From NCBI GenBank assembly GCA_015064205.1, contig SVSR01000003.1, forward strand, positions 33,194-97,193: 64,000 bases of DNA, in the 5' to 3' direction. How positions within the stretch are numbered: position 1 is the stretch's first letter; each line of letters starts with the position of its first letter. The position numbers were made by a program, and so were the translations under genes. The notes under the pieces were generated by a model. The model did not search any database. It saw nothing but the letters and a program-made list of their open reading frames with translations, and was not told the origin of the DNA. The stretch is from Oscillospiraceae bacterium (lineage in GTDB: Bacteria > Bacillota > Clostridia > Oscillospirales > CAG-272). This document shows positions 46,744 to 56,849 of the stretch, piece after piece.

Positions 46744-49071
46744 TTAAATACTCGCGCCGGCAGATCTTCTGCGTTGCCGTGGACCTGCGCCCGGCATTTT
46801 TTCATGCTTATTTTCTTCGTCACCGTCATCGCTTATTATATTGCGAAGGGCCTCAAGCTGAAGTGTATAAAGCTTGTGATATATCCCTTCTTTTTCAAGA
46901 AGTTGTGTATGAGTACCCTCTTCATAAAGCTTGCCGTTTTCTATTACAATAAGGCTGTCAGCGCTTTTGAGTGTTGACAGCCTGTGCGCTATCATAATGG
47001 TCGTACAGCTGCCTGAGAGCCTTTCTATCGCATTTTCTATTTTCTTCTCCGTTGCCGTATCCATAGCAGCAGTAGCTTCGTCAAGTATAAGTATTTTCGG
47101 CTTTTTGAGCAGGGCACGGGCAATAGATATTCTCTGTCTTTCGCCGCCTGAAAGGTCCTTGTGTCCGTAACCTATGCGCGTTTCATATGCATCGGGAAGC
47201 CGCATGATGAAATCATGCGCACCCGCCTGTATTGCAGCCTCCACTACCTCTTCATGGGTTGCATTTTTCATGGAATAGGCAATATTTTCAAATATAGTAC
47301 CCGAGAACAGATACGTCTCCTGCGAAACTATCGCAACGCTGTCGCGAAGCTGTTTGAAGGACATATCACGCACGTTTACACCGTCAATAAGTACCTCTCC
47401 GCCCGTTACATCATACAACCGTGTCAGCAGGTTCACTATCGTTGACTTTCCGGCGCCGGTACGGCCTACAATACCCAAAGTTTTTCCGGCTTCAACCCTG
47501 AAAGAAATACTGTCAATAGTCTTTTTTGCCTTTGTATAGGAGAATGATACGTTTTTAAACTCTATTTCTCCCTTAATATTTTCGATATGTACCGGATTTT
47601 GTGATTCAACCACATCGGGTATAGCGTCTGATATTTCAAAAAGACGTGATGCTGCATTAAAGCACTCACTCATTCTGTTTACCGAATTTATTATATAGTT
47701 TAGCGGATTATACACAAGTCCCATATAAGAAACGAAGGTAAGAAGGTCTCCATATGACATTTCGCCTCTGATTACGGTTATACCGCCTATTGCCCATACC
47801 GCAACGGTACCAAGATAAAGAACAAAGCTTATAGCAGGAAATACAATGGCCGCATACATGTCACGGTCACGCTTTGACTTCATTTTCCCATAGCTTAGCT
47901 TCTTGAATTCTTCACTTTCTTCTTTTTCTTTTGCAAATACCTTTACAATTCTGAGCCCCGAAAGAACGTCTGTAAGCTTACCGTTTAACGCCCTTGACTT
48001 TATAAAAAATACTCTCCAGAAACGTCTGTTCCTTTTGAATGCCCTCGTTACCATAAGAACATACAGAGGAACGATTATAACGGTTATAAGCGCAAGCAGG
48101 GGGTTCATCATCAGCATTACTACGGTTATGGCAAATATCTTTACAAAAGCCACAACAAGATTCGGTACCATTTCGCTGAAAAAGCTGTACAGGGTATTCG
48201 AATCAGACTCTATCTGAGTCATAAGTCCGCCGGTACGGCGTGAATTGAAAAATGAAAGCGAAAGCCTGTTTATTGCCTCAAATATCATATTTTTCAGATC
48301 GTACACGATATTTGCAGATATTTTTGCAGTTACAATATCATTTAAAATTGTAACTGCAAAACTAACAAGCCTCATCGCAATAAGAAGCGATATTACGAGT
48401 GTTACCATACCGTAAAACTCGCCGCCCTCTGTCAGTACTTTATCAATATAAAACGAGTTGCCGAGATACGGTGTAATTACACCAACTGCACTTATAAGTC
48501 CCATAAGCGCAAGTATTGTCAGCATCTCTTTCATGTATCTTTTTAAAAAAGGTATAAGCCTTTTTACAACACCGGATTTATCAGCGCAGTACGGGCATAT
48601 CTTATTTGCATCTGGAAAACGTCTGCCGCAGCCGGGGCAAAGCGCCTCTTTGTCCGCCTCGTCAACACCGTTAAACTCTCCGATTTGAATAAGTCTTAAA
48701 TATCCCGCAAAAAGAGAAAGCGGTTCTTTAAAAGTATTTGAAGATTCACATATAAGCGCATTACTTTCATTCTTAAGACGTATGCTCAGACGTACGCCCG
48801 ATATGATCTCCTCGATATCGAAGCTTTCAATATCACAAAGCTTATAAGAAGAAAATCCCGTTTCTGTGAAAACACTTCGCATACTGTTATCAACAGCGCT
48901 TACACCCTCAAGAACATTCAGGGTTTGTTCATCGGCAAGAAGATAAATATTGCCGGATGCAGGCATATTACCCCTGCACGACAAACCGATGAGCATTTCA
49001 CTAACGGGAATACCTTTATTATTTTCTATGTAACCGAGCACCTCGCCCGGTATGTTTACAAGCATATCCAT
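46744..49071 (-). CDS. ABC exporter half-transporter (TMD-NBD) with a ~170-aa N-terminal extension including a zinc ribbon
   Basis: 775 aa. CPGCGRRFPDANKICPYC at aa 145-162 precedes TM1. Walker A GRTGAGKST, LSGGERQR, ILILDEATA, AHRLST. Confidence 0.85.
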   Translation of the reverse strand: MDMLVNIPGEVLGYIENNKGIPVSEMLIGLSCRGNMPASGNIYLLADEQTLNVLEGVSAVDNSMRSVFTETGFSSYKLCDIESFDIEEIISGVRLSIRLKNESNALICESSNTFKEPLSLFAGYLRLIQIGEFNGVDEADKEALCPGCGRRFPDANKICPYCADKSGVVKRLIPFLKRYMKEMLTILALMGLISAVGVITPYLGNSFYIDKVLTEGGEFYGMVTLVISLLIAMRLVSFAVTILNDIVTAKISANIVYDLKNMIFEAINRLSLSFFNSRRTGGLMTQIESDSNTLYSFFSEMVPNLVVAFVKIFAITVVMLMMNPLLALITVIIVPLYVLMVTRAFKRNRRFWRVFFIKSRALNGKLTDVLSGLRIVKVFAKEKEESEEFKKLSYGKMKSKRDRDMYAAIVFPAISFVLYLGTVAVWAIGGITVIRGEMSYGDLLTFVSYMGLVYNPLNYIINSVNRMSECFNAASRLFEISDAIPDVVESQNPVHIENIKGEIEFKNVSFSYTKAKKTIDSISFRVEAGKTLGIVGRTGAGKSTIVNLLTRLYDVTGGEVLIDGVNVRDMSFKQLRDSVAIVSQETYLFSGTIFENIAYSMKNATHEEVVEAAIQAGAHDFIMRLPDAYETRIGYGHKDLSGGERQRISIARALLKKPKILILDEATAAMDTATEKKIENAIERLSGSCTTIMIAHRLSTLKSADSLIVIENGKLYEEGTHTQLLEKEGIYHKLYTLQLEALRNIISDDGDEENKHEKMPGAGPRQRRRSAGASI

Positions 49072-49196
49072 ATTTTTTTACCAGATTCTTTCTTTATGGC
49101 AAACCGCCTCTGTTTGTAAACCGCACTATTACTTTAATATATTAACATGAGTATACTCCTATATTGTTAATAAAATGTGAACTTTCGCTTGTTTTC

Positions 49197-49225
49197 TTGA
49201 AAGATAGCAAAAAATGTGTTAGAAT
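49197..49225 (+). promoter_or_regulatory. sigma-A type promoter for the pheST leader (TTGAAA-17-TAGAAT)
   Basis: Hexamers with 17-nt spacing upstream of the T-box leader. Confidence 0.5.
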
Positions 49226-49231
49226 GTCTAC

Positions 49232-49490
49232 ATATGTTTATTAAATGCACTGACGGAGACAGCTATCAGGCAATCAGTACATATCAGAGATGAGAATCAT
49301 AGGCTGAAAGTTCTCATGTACCGCTCTGAGCGCATTTCACTTCCGAGCATGCAGGGTCAACGCTTATGCTAAGCCTTGTGCGGCAGACCACCGTTATCAG
49401 GTCAGAAAGAGTCCGCTTAGGCGGAAATTAAGGTGGTACCGCGGAGGTCATTCGGCCGTCGTCCTTTTGGGGACGGCGGATTTTTTATTT
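49232..49490 (+). promoter_or_regulatory. T-box leader, Phe-specific (specifier UUC)
   Basis: T-box sequence AATTAAGGTGGTACCGCGG at 49426-49444. Candidate specifier UUC followed by A in GCATTTCAC. Terminator CCGTCGTCC-TTTT-GGGGACGGCGG plus a T run at 49455-49486. Confidence 0.85.
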
Positions 49491-49535
49491 TACCACATAA
49501 AAACTATACACTCCAAGGAAAGGATATGGAGCAAT

Positions 49536-50552
49536 ATGAAAACAAAACTCGAAGAAATCAAGCTCGCGGCAAAAGCGGCGCTTGATGCAGAAGACTGCGA
49601 CACCGAACAGGTGAGGATCCAGTATCTCGGTAAAAAGGGAGAGCTTACAGCGCTTCTTCGCTCGATGGGATCACTTTCACCCGAAGAGCGCCCGATAATA
49701 GGTCAGCTTGCAAATGAAGTTCGTACCTACATTGAAGAAGCGATCGCTCAGAAAAAGAGCGAGGAGGGAGCAAAGGCTCTTGAAAAGAAGCTTATTGAAG
49801 AAAGAATAGACGTAACTCTTCCCTCAAAGAAGCCGTCTGTTGGAACGCGCCATCCTCTTGCAATAACACAGCGCAAGCTTGAAAACATATTCCAGACTAT
49901 GGGATTTGACATCGTTCACGGCCCCGAAGTTGAATATGACTACTACAACTTCAAAGCGCTTAACATCCCTGAAAATCACCCTGCACGTGATACGCAGGAT
50001 ACCTTTTACATCACAGATAATATTCTGCTCCGTTCGCAAACCTCACCCGTTCAGGCGCGCGTTATGGAAAAGCAGAAGCCCCCGATAAGAATCATCTCTC
50101 CCGGACGCGTTTACCGTTCGGATGCTGTGGATGCAACTCATTCTCCCATGTTCCACCAGCTTGAGGGCCTTGTTATCGATAAGAATATCACCATGAGCGA
50201 CCTCAAGGGTACTCTTGACACATTTGCAAAAACCATGTTTGGCGAAGAAACAAACGTACGTTTCCGTCCTCATCACTTCCCGTTTACAGAGCCGTCAGCA
50301 GAGGTTGACGTTTCCTGCTTCGTATGTAAGGGCAAGGGTTGCCGTCTTTGCAAGGGAGAGGGTTGGATAGAGATCCTCGGAGCAGGTATGGTACACCCCA
50401 ACGTGCTCAGAATCTGTGGAATTGACCCTGAAGAATACTCAGGCTTTGCTTTCGGCATGGGTATTGAACGTATCGTTATGATCAAGTACGGCATTGACGA
50501 TATGCGTTACCTTTACGAAAACGACGTAAGATTCTTAAAGCAGTTCTCTTAA
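49536..50552 (+). CDS. pheS: phenylalanine--tRNA ligase alpha subunit
   Basis: Start at MKTKLEEIK after the T-box terminator. Class II motifs [12 protein letters not shown] and GMGIERI. Confidence 0.95.
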   Translation: MKTKLEEIKLAAKAALDAEDCDTEQVRIQYLGKKGELTALLRSMGSLSPEERPIIGQLANEVRTYIEEAIAQKKSEEGAKALEKKLIEERIDVTLPSKKPSVGTRHPLAITQRKLENIFQTMGFDIVHGPEVEYDYYNFKALNIPENHPARDTQDTFYITDNILLRSQTSPVQARVMEKQKPPIRIISPGRVYRSDAVDATHSPMFHQLEGLVIDKNITMSDLKGTLDTFAKTMFGEETNVRFRPHHFPFTEPSAEVDVSCFVCKGKGCRLCKGEGWIEILGAGMVHPNVLRICGIDPEEYSGFAFGMGIERIVMIKYGIDDMRYLYENDVRFLKQFS

Positions 50553-50577
50553 TTTGGAATGAACATGGAGGATAGAT

Positions 50578-52971
50578 ATGAAATTATCGCTTAAATGGGC
50601 GTCTGATTACGTTGATCTTTCAAAGATGCCCTCACTTAAAGATTATTCAGACAAGCTGACTTATATCGGTCAGAAGGTTGAAGGATATGAAACTCTTGGC
50701 GCTGATATAGAAAACGTCAAGGTAGGTAAAATAGTAAGCATTGAAAAGCATCCCGATTCGGACCACATGGTCATCTGCCAGCTCGACTGCGGCGAAGACT
50801 CACTTCGTCAGATAGTAACGGGCGCACAGAATGTTTTTGAAGGAGCACTCGTTCCCGCGGCAATTCCCCCTGCAAAGCTTCCGGGAGGCGTTACCATAAA
50901 GGACGGTAAGCTTCGCGGCGTTGAATCGCACGGTATGCTCTGCTCTATTGCTGAGCTTGGACTCACAACTCACGACGTACCTTATGCAGTTGAAGACGGC
51001 ATACTCATAATTGAAGAAAACTGCAAGCCGGGTGATGATATTCACGACGTTTATATGCTCACAGACGATGTTGTTGAATTTGAAATAACCTCAAACCGTC
51101 CTGACTGCCTTTCGGTTATCGGTCTTGCACGTGAGTCTGCAGTATGCTACGGTACAAAGCTTATTGAGCGCACACCTAAGGTAAACTTCACCAAGGGTGA
51201 CAAGAATATAAACGACTATATTTCGGTTGAAATAAGCAACAAGGAAAAATGCCCAAGATATACCGCGCGTGTTGTAAGAAACGTAAAAATTGCTCCCTCT
51301 CCGCTCTGGATGAGAATGAGACTTCGCGCGGCAGGCGTTCGTCCTATAAACAATATCGTTGATATCACAAACTACGTTATGCTTGAATACGGTCATCCTA
51401 TGCATGCGTTTGATTACAGTTGCCTTGAGGGTAGCCATATCAACGTAAGAGATGCCGCAGACGGCGAAAAGTTCATCTCGCTTGATAACGGCGAGCATAT
51501 CCTTGACAAGAACACTCTCGTTATCGCAGATAAAAAGAAGGCCGTTGCACTTGCAGGTATCATGGGCGGACTTAACAGTGAGATCAAGGATGACACCAAA
51601 ACGGTAGTATTCGAAAGCGCATGCTTTGAGGGCAGTACGGTAAGAATTTCCGCAAAAGCTCAGGGTATGCGTACAGAAAGCTCGGCAAGATTCGAAAAGG
51701 GACTTGACGCAGAAAACACGCTTCCTGCAATCGACCGTGCGTGCGAGCTCGTTGAGCTTCTCGGTGCAGGCGAGGTCGTTGAGGGTACAATAGACGTGTA
51801 TCCCGGCAAGAAAGAGCCTGTAAGAATACCGCTTGAGGTTAAAAAGATAAATGAATTCTTAGGCCTTAACGTTGACGAGGCTTATATGAAAAATGCACTT
51901 GAAACCATTGGCTTCAAGGTTGAAAACGGTATCGTTACATCTCCGAGCTTCAGAATAGATATTGAGTGCATGAACGACCTTGCCGAAGAAGTGCTTCGTA
52001 TTTACGGATATGACACTATTGAAGCAACAAAGTTCAAAGCCGAGGTAACACCCGGCAAGATAAGCGACGACTATGCTTTCGAGCTTCTCTGCCACGATAC
52101 GCTCATTTCCGCAGGACTTTATGAGAGCGTTACGTTCTCGTTTATCAGCCCGAAGAATTACGATAAAATAGCACTTCCGTCCGATTCTGTGCTTCGCAAT
52201 TCGGTTGTTATAACAAATCCGCTCGGCGAAGACACAAGCGTTATGAGAACAACTGCTGTTCCCTCAATGCTTGAAGTTCTTGCACGTAACTGCAACTACC
52301 ACGATGCAGGCGTTTCTATGTACGAAATGGCAACCATATACTTGCCCGATGATAACAAAGAAAATCTCCCCTGCGAGCCCCGTCAGATAGTTATAGGAAA
52401 GCTCAAGGACGGCAATTTCTACGATCTCAAGGGCGTTGTTGATATTCTTCTTGAAAAAGCAGGTGTTGCTGCCGAATACATTGCTAATACAAATAATCCC
52501 ACTTATCACCCCGGAAGATGTGCAGACCTTGTTGCCGCAGACGGCAGAGTGATAGGTACGCTCGGTGAGATACACCCGAAAGTACTTGAAAACTTCGGCA
52601 TAAGCGCTCCTGCATATGTAGCAGACATTTCGTTTGATACTCTCTTTGAGCTTTCAAACACAGAGCGCAGCTTCAAGGCTCTGCCCAAGTATCCTGCCGC
52701 AGTAAGAGACCTTGCATTCGTATGTGACGATGCACTTGAAGTCGGAGCTATTGAAAAGGTTATAAAGATGGCAGACCGCAAGACGATCGAAAGCGTTGAG
52801 CTCTTTGACGTATACAAGGGACATCAGCTTGGAGACGATAAGAAGAGCGTTGCGTTCAAGGTATCGATGAGAAGTGCAGACCACACACTCACAGTTGAAG
52901 AAGCTGATAAGATACTGAAAAAGATACTGACTCTGCTCGAAAGAGAGCTTGGAATCACTCTTCGCAAATAA
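50578..52971 (+). CDS. pheT: phenylalanine--tRNA ligase beta subunit
   Basis: 797 aa. tRNA-binding, B3/4, B5 and FDX-ACB layout. KHPDSDHM motif. Confidence 0.95.
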   Translation: MKLSLKWASDYVDLSKMPSLKDYSDKLTYIGQKVEGYETLGADIENVKVGKIVSIEKHPDSDHMVICQLDCGEDSLRQIVTGAQNVFEGALVPAAIPPAKLPGGVTIKDGKLRGVESHGMLCSIAELGLTTHDVPYAVEDGILIIEENCKPGDDIHDVYMLTDDVVEFEITSNRPDCLSVIGLARESAVCYGTKLIERTPKVNFTKGDKNINDYISVEISNKEKCPRYTARVVRNVKIAPSPLWMRMRLRAAGVRPINNIVDITNYVMLEYGHPMHAFDYSCLEGSHINVRDAADGEKFISLDNGEHILDKNTLVIADKKKAVALAGIMGGLNSEIKDDTKTVVFESACFEGSTVRISAKAQGMRTESSARFEKGLDAENTLPAIDRACELVELLGAGEVVEGTIDVYPGKKEPVRIPLEVKKINEFLGLNVDEAYMKNALETIGFKVENGIVTSPSFRIDIECMNDLAEEVLRIYGYDTIEATKFKAEVTPGKISDDYAFELLCHDTLISAGLYESVTFSFISPKNYDKIALPSDSVLRNSVVITNPLGEDTSVMRTTAVPSMLEVLARNCNYHDAGVSMYEMATIYLPDDNKENLPCEPRQIVIGKLKDGNFYDLKGVVDILLEKAGVAAEYIANTNNPTYHPGRCADLVAADGRVIGTLGEIHPKVLENFGISAPAYVADISFDTLFELSNTERSFKALPKYPAAVRDLAFVCDDALEVGAIEKVIKMADRKTIESVELFDVYKGHQLGDDKKSVAFKVSMRSADHTLTVEEADKILKKILTLLERELGITLRK

Positions 52972-52986
52972 TTTCAATTAAACTAC

Positions 52987-53018
52987 GGGTGTACACTAAA
53001 ACGTGTACACCCCTTTTT
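52987..53018 (+). terminator. Rho-independent terminator
   Basis: GGGTGTACAC-TAAAAC-GTGTACACCC plus CTTTTT. Confidence 0.85.
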
Positions 53019-53255
53019 CATCACGGTAAATTTGATAAATAACCATCATTTTGCTCGGATAGTATTTTTAATACAAAAGCACTTTTTTAACATTGATCTT
53101 TATAGTGCCCCAGCTACTTGTGTAAACCATTTTTTGCCGTTTTTAGCAAGGTTTGTTACCTATGCAAAACGAGTTATAATTAATTATAGAGAAAAAACGA
53201 CATATTAAAACAACAAGTTTACATACTTACGCTGTCAACAAGGGGGCATACGATT

Positions 53256-53487
53256 ATGGACAAAACATACTTAATAAAATACAAAAAACCTTGGACTTAA
53301 CATATCTTATTTCAGAAAAAGCCGTGGTTATACTCAGATAGAGCTTGCAGAGATCCTCGGAATAGACAGGAGCCACATGAGTGCAATCGAGCTTGCAAAC
53401 GTTGGAGTTTCCCTCGATGTCATCTTTAAGCTTTGCGAAGCACTGAGCGTGTCTGAAAAACAACTTTTCGACTTCAGATTGTCTTAA
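53256..53487 (+). pseudogene. small XRE-family HTH gene interrupted by a frameshift in an A6 run
   Basis: ATG at 53256 after an AAGGGGG RBS reads MDKTYLIKYKKPWT-stop. The +1 frame continues NLGLNISYFRKSRGYTQIELAEILGIDRSHMSAIELANVGVSLDVIFKLCEAL to the stop at 53487. The frames join at AAAAAA, 53283-53288. Confidence 0.7.
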
Positions 53488-53490
53488 ATA

Positions 53491-53525
53491 AAAAAATCTC
53501 CCGTAAATGTATACGGGAGATTTCT
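53491..53525. terminator. bidirectional terminator
   Basis: ATCTCCCGTA-AATGTA-TACGGGAGAT flanked by A and T runs. Confidence 0.8.
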
Positions 53526-53526
53526 T

Positions 53527-53997
53527 TTATTTTCTTGAGCATTTCTCAGCATCAATTGCAAGCGTGAACATCAAAACATCAATGGCATTCTCCGGATTTG
53601 CTACGTCTATAACGTATGTATCGGTAAAATTGAAAAGCTCTTTGCTTACGGTTGCAACAACATAACCCTGAGCATCCTTTATTGTATAGTCCCATTCAAA
53701 TATGTCGCCAGATACCTGCCATCCGTTAAAATCTATGTTATAGCTTGGTGAAAAAAGCGAAAACTGTTTGGAAACATAACCTACAAGCATATCATTTTTG
53801 TATATACCGAATTTGGGAAGAAATGTAAATACCTCTCTTTTAACTGTTCCTATGTGTTCTCCCATTTTATTCAGAACGTGCAGGGTATGAGTAAAAGCAA
53901 GCTTGCCTTCAACCGTAAAAACCGTATCGCCCGATTCATCATATATATCATAGCTGTCAAGCCATGAAAAAAATCTCTGTTTAAATAAAAGCTTCAT
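53527..53997 (-). CDS. LURP-one-related (YxjI / tubby C-terminal-like) protein
   Basis: 156 aa. The pattern KQRFFSW.D.YDIYDE.G...F.VEGK...F.IY...VG.V.K.FS...Y.ID..GW.V.GD...W.Y.I is typical of PF04525-type proteins. Confidence 0.75.
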   Translation of the reverse strand: MKLLFKQRFFSWLDSYDIYDESGDTVFTVEGKLAFTHTLHVLNKMGEHIGTVKREVFTFLPKFGIYKNDMLVGYVSKQFSLFSPSYNIDFNGWQVSGDIFEWDYTIKDAQGYVVATVSKELFNFTDTYVIDVANPENAIDVLMFTLAIDAEKCSRK

Positions 53998-54000
53998 CTG

Positions 54001-55122
54001 TTATTCCTCCGTCTTTAAAATTTTATTCCTTTTTGCCACGTCTGCACAAAGTATAGTATATACAACCGAGACAAGCGGAATAAAGAGTATCATACCGATA
54101 ATACCGAAAAGCTCTCCGCCGACGTATACGGCAAGAAGCGTCCAGAGCGCCGGAAGGCCTACCGAACGTCCAACTATTTTAGGATATATAAGATTGCCTT
54201 CTACCTGCTGAACAACAAGAAAAGCAATTACAAATATCATAGCACTCTTTACATCTATCAGTACAATAAGAAACGCTCCGACTGCACATGAAATAAGCGC
54301 CCCGAAATATGGAATAAGCGCAAATACGGCCGTCAGCGCGGATATAACTCCCGCATAAGGCAGTCTGAGTATAAGCATTGTTATAAACAGAAGTATTCCG
54401 AGAATCAACGCCTCTAAGAACTGAACCGAGAAAAATCTCTTGAACGTGGTATTGAGCGTTGAGAAAAAATAAACGATCTTATCGCCCACTCTTTTACTTG
54501 TATATGCATAAATCAGACTTTTAAGCTGGTTTGTAAGCTTTTTCTTTCCCGAAAGAATATATATGCATGCAACAAGCGATATTACCGCCATAAATACACC
54601 GCCCGTTATCGCGCCTGCGGCACCTATAACCGTTGTAAATATCTGTCCGATTCCGGGAACGACCTTCTGAGTTAAAAAGCTGAGATCAAATTTTTCAAGC
54701 ACACTCTGAAGACTTCCAAGTTCTACACCGAGCTTTGTTGCTATGTCGGTTATTGCTCCCCAGTTTTTTTCAATCGATGTCTTTATTATCGGCAAAGTTG
54801 AAGCAAACTGCGGCACAATAAGTATGATAACAAGCGATATAAACGCTATTACAACTATGAATGACAGTATAAGGCTCAAAGTACTGACAACAGAATCCTT
54901 AGGTACTCGCTTTTTTAAAAGGGCTCTTATCCCCCTTTCAATGGCACACATTATAACGTTAATGACTGCCGCCGCAAGTCCGCCGTAAACAAGGGGAGAG
55001 ATTATTCTAATCCCGTTTTTAAATACCGATGCAACAACATTAAAGTTTACAAGTCCAACGTACAGAACTACTGCAATGCAAACTATTGAAAGTATCTGCT
55101 TAAAACTAAGTCTTTTTTCCAT
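54001..55122 (-). CDS. AI-2E family transporter (PerM/UPF0118)
   Basis: 373 aa, about 8 TM segments. QQVEGNLIYPKIVG motif. Confidence 0.85.
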   Translation of the reverse strand: MEKRLSFKQILSIVCIAVVLYVGLVNFNVVASVFKNGIRIISPLVYGGLAAAVINVIMCAIERGIRALLKKRVPKDSVVSTLSLILSFIVVIAFISLVIILIVPQFASTLPIIKTSIEKNWGAITDIATKLGVELGSLQSVLEKFDLSFLTQKVVPGIGQIFTTVIGAAGAITGGVFMAVISLVACIYILSGKKKLTNQLKSLIYAYTSKRVGDKIVYFFSTLNTTFKRFFSVQFLEALILGILLFITMLILRLPYAGVISALTAVFALIPYFGALISCAVGAFLIVLIDVKSAMIFVIAFLVVQQVEGNLIYPKIVGRSVGLPALWTLLAVYVGGELFGIIGMILFIPLVSVVYTILCADVAKRNKILKTEE

Positions 55123-55148
55123 TTTATATCGCCTTTCTTTCGTACATA

Positions 55149-56051
55149 CTATTTCCCGACCATATATCTTTCATAATAAAACAAATACTGCTGTGCTATT
55201 CCTGCATATTTTCCAAGTTTTATTATATCAAGTCCACCCGGATAATACTTATCAAGTATACGCTTCACCCAAACGTCTATCGGGAAAGCGTCATATTTAT
55301 CAAGAGAAAACAAGAGAGCACATGCCGCTACCTTTGGTCCGACACCCTTTATTTTGCAAAGCTCGATTTCGGCTTGCTTGGTGTCAAGTCCACTAAGTGC
55401 CCCAAGATCAATTTCACCCGAAGCTATCTTAGTTGCGGCATCGTATATGTATTTGGCACGAAAGCCGGTGCCAAGCCTGAAAAGTCCTTCAATGCCTGCA
55501 TCGATCAGCGCCTGTGAAGCAGGAAAGCTGTAATATGTACGACCTGAAAACTCTATTGGCTTTCCGTATTTTTCGCACATAGCCGAAATGATTTTACGTA
55601 TACGTGGAATATTGTTATTCTGCGATATAATAAACGAGCATAAGCACTCCCACTTTTCCTGCCTTAAAAGTCTTATTCCTCCCCCGCATTCAGCCGCTTT
55701 TTCAAAAACTCCGCTATCCGACTGAAGATTAAAATTATGTATCAGTTCTGCTTTAATATCACTGTAATCAGTATCAAGAGCAAGATAGCGTTTCCAAATA
55801 TTTTCATAGTCGTTTATATCAGAATTTATTATAATAAGTGTGTCTGAATTCTGCTTAAACTCAACATATCTCCCAAAAGCAACACCGTATACATGATACG
55901 GATCATCGCTTTTCGGAGTAAATCTGAAACACTGACCGCAATCAAATATCTGAGAAACGTCAAAATCTGAAAGTCCGCATATCTGAACGCCTGGTACACC
56001 CGACACGGTTATTTCACTTATTTGATTTTTTTCATACGTATGGCTACTCAT
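55149..56051 (-). CDS. ogg: 8-oxoguanine DNA glycosylase / AP lyase (OGG1-type HhH-GPD)
   Basis: FDCGQCFRF OGG N-domain motif. HhH-GPD segment IKGVGPKVAACALLF...PIDVWV with the catalytic Lys/Asp context. Confidence 0.8.
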   Translation of the reverse strand: MSSHTYEKNQISEITVSGVPGVQICGLSDFDVSQIFDCGQCFRFTPKSDDPYHVYGVAFGRYVEFKQNSDTLIIINSDINDYENIWKRYLALDTDYSDIKAELIHNFNLQSDSGVFEKAAECGGGIRLLRQEKWECLCSFIISQNNNIPRIRKIISAMCEKYGKPIEFSGRTYYSFPASQALIDAGIEGLFRLGTGFRAKYIYDAATKIASGEIDLGALSGLDTKQAEIELCKIKGVGPKVAACALLFSLDKYDAFPIDVWVKRILDKYYPGGLDIIKLGKYAGIAQQYLFYYERYMVGK

Positions 56052-56141
56052 ACTAAAACCTCAAAATAAACGAATTGTATTGCAAATAAAATATATTTGT
56101 TATATAATAAATAAAATAGCAACAAGGAAAAGGAAATAACT

Positions 56142-56849
56142 ATGGAACAGATCTATACCATACCCGTTAACGAGGCGTTTGACAAATCTATCGAAAACCC
56201 CGAATGCGGATGCCCGTTTTGTACTCTTTATAAAAAACTGCAAAGCGAGTATCTCGAGCTTATTCTCGGCGCATCGATGATGGAGCCAGACGTAAGAATA
56301 AAAACAAACAAGCTCGGTTTCTGCAATGATCACTACAATATGATGTTTGTTCGCAAAAATCGCCTCGGACTTGCCCTTATGCTTGAAAGCCACATGGACG
56401 AGCTAAGAAATGATATTGATAAGAAGTTTTTAAACCTTTTCCCGGGAGAAAACGCAAGGCGCCGTATAACCGAGCTTGATAAAAGCTGTTATATCTGCGA
56501 TAAAATAGACTTTTCACTATCCAAGATGTTTGAAACCGCCCTGCTTTTATATGAAAGAGACGGTGATTTCAAAAAGAAATTCTGTGCCGAACCTTATTTC
56601 TGTATTCCTCATTTCAATAAGCTTATCACCCTTGCAAAAGCAAAAATGCCAAAGAAGCTTTATAATGACTTTTACGAAGATGCGTCCCGTGTTACCTTTA
56701 ACTATTTTGACTCTCTTAGATCAGACATTAAACACTTTATAAAAAAGTTTGATTACAGATATGAGGACGAGCCGTGGGGAAACTCAAAGGACAGCGTAGA
56801 GCGTGCTATAAAGTTTCTTGGTTCTGACAGTACAGACGACGTAAAATAG
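56142..56849 (+). CDS. conserved Cys-rich protein of unknown function (DUF6062-like)
   Basis: 235 aa. Paired metal-ligand-like motifs CGCPFC...C..H and CYIC...CIPH. Confidence 0.55.
   Translation: MEQIYTIPVNEAFDKSIENPECGCPFCTLYKKLQSEYLELILGASMMEPDVRIKTNKLGFCNDHYNMMFVRKNRLGLALMLESHMDELRNDIDKKFLNLFPGENARRRITELDKSCYICDKIDFSLSKMFETALLLYERDGDFKKKFCAEPYFCIPHFNKLITLAKAKMPKKLYNDFYEDASRVTFNYFDSLRSDIKHFIKKFDYRYEDEPWGNSKDSVERAIKFLGSDSTDDVK

Noticed and set aside
53254-53463. A 69-aa minus-strand ORF from the track.
   Set aside because: The plus strand encodes a recognisable, though frameshifted, XRE HTH protein with an RBS. The minus-strand ORF is its antisense shadow.
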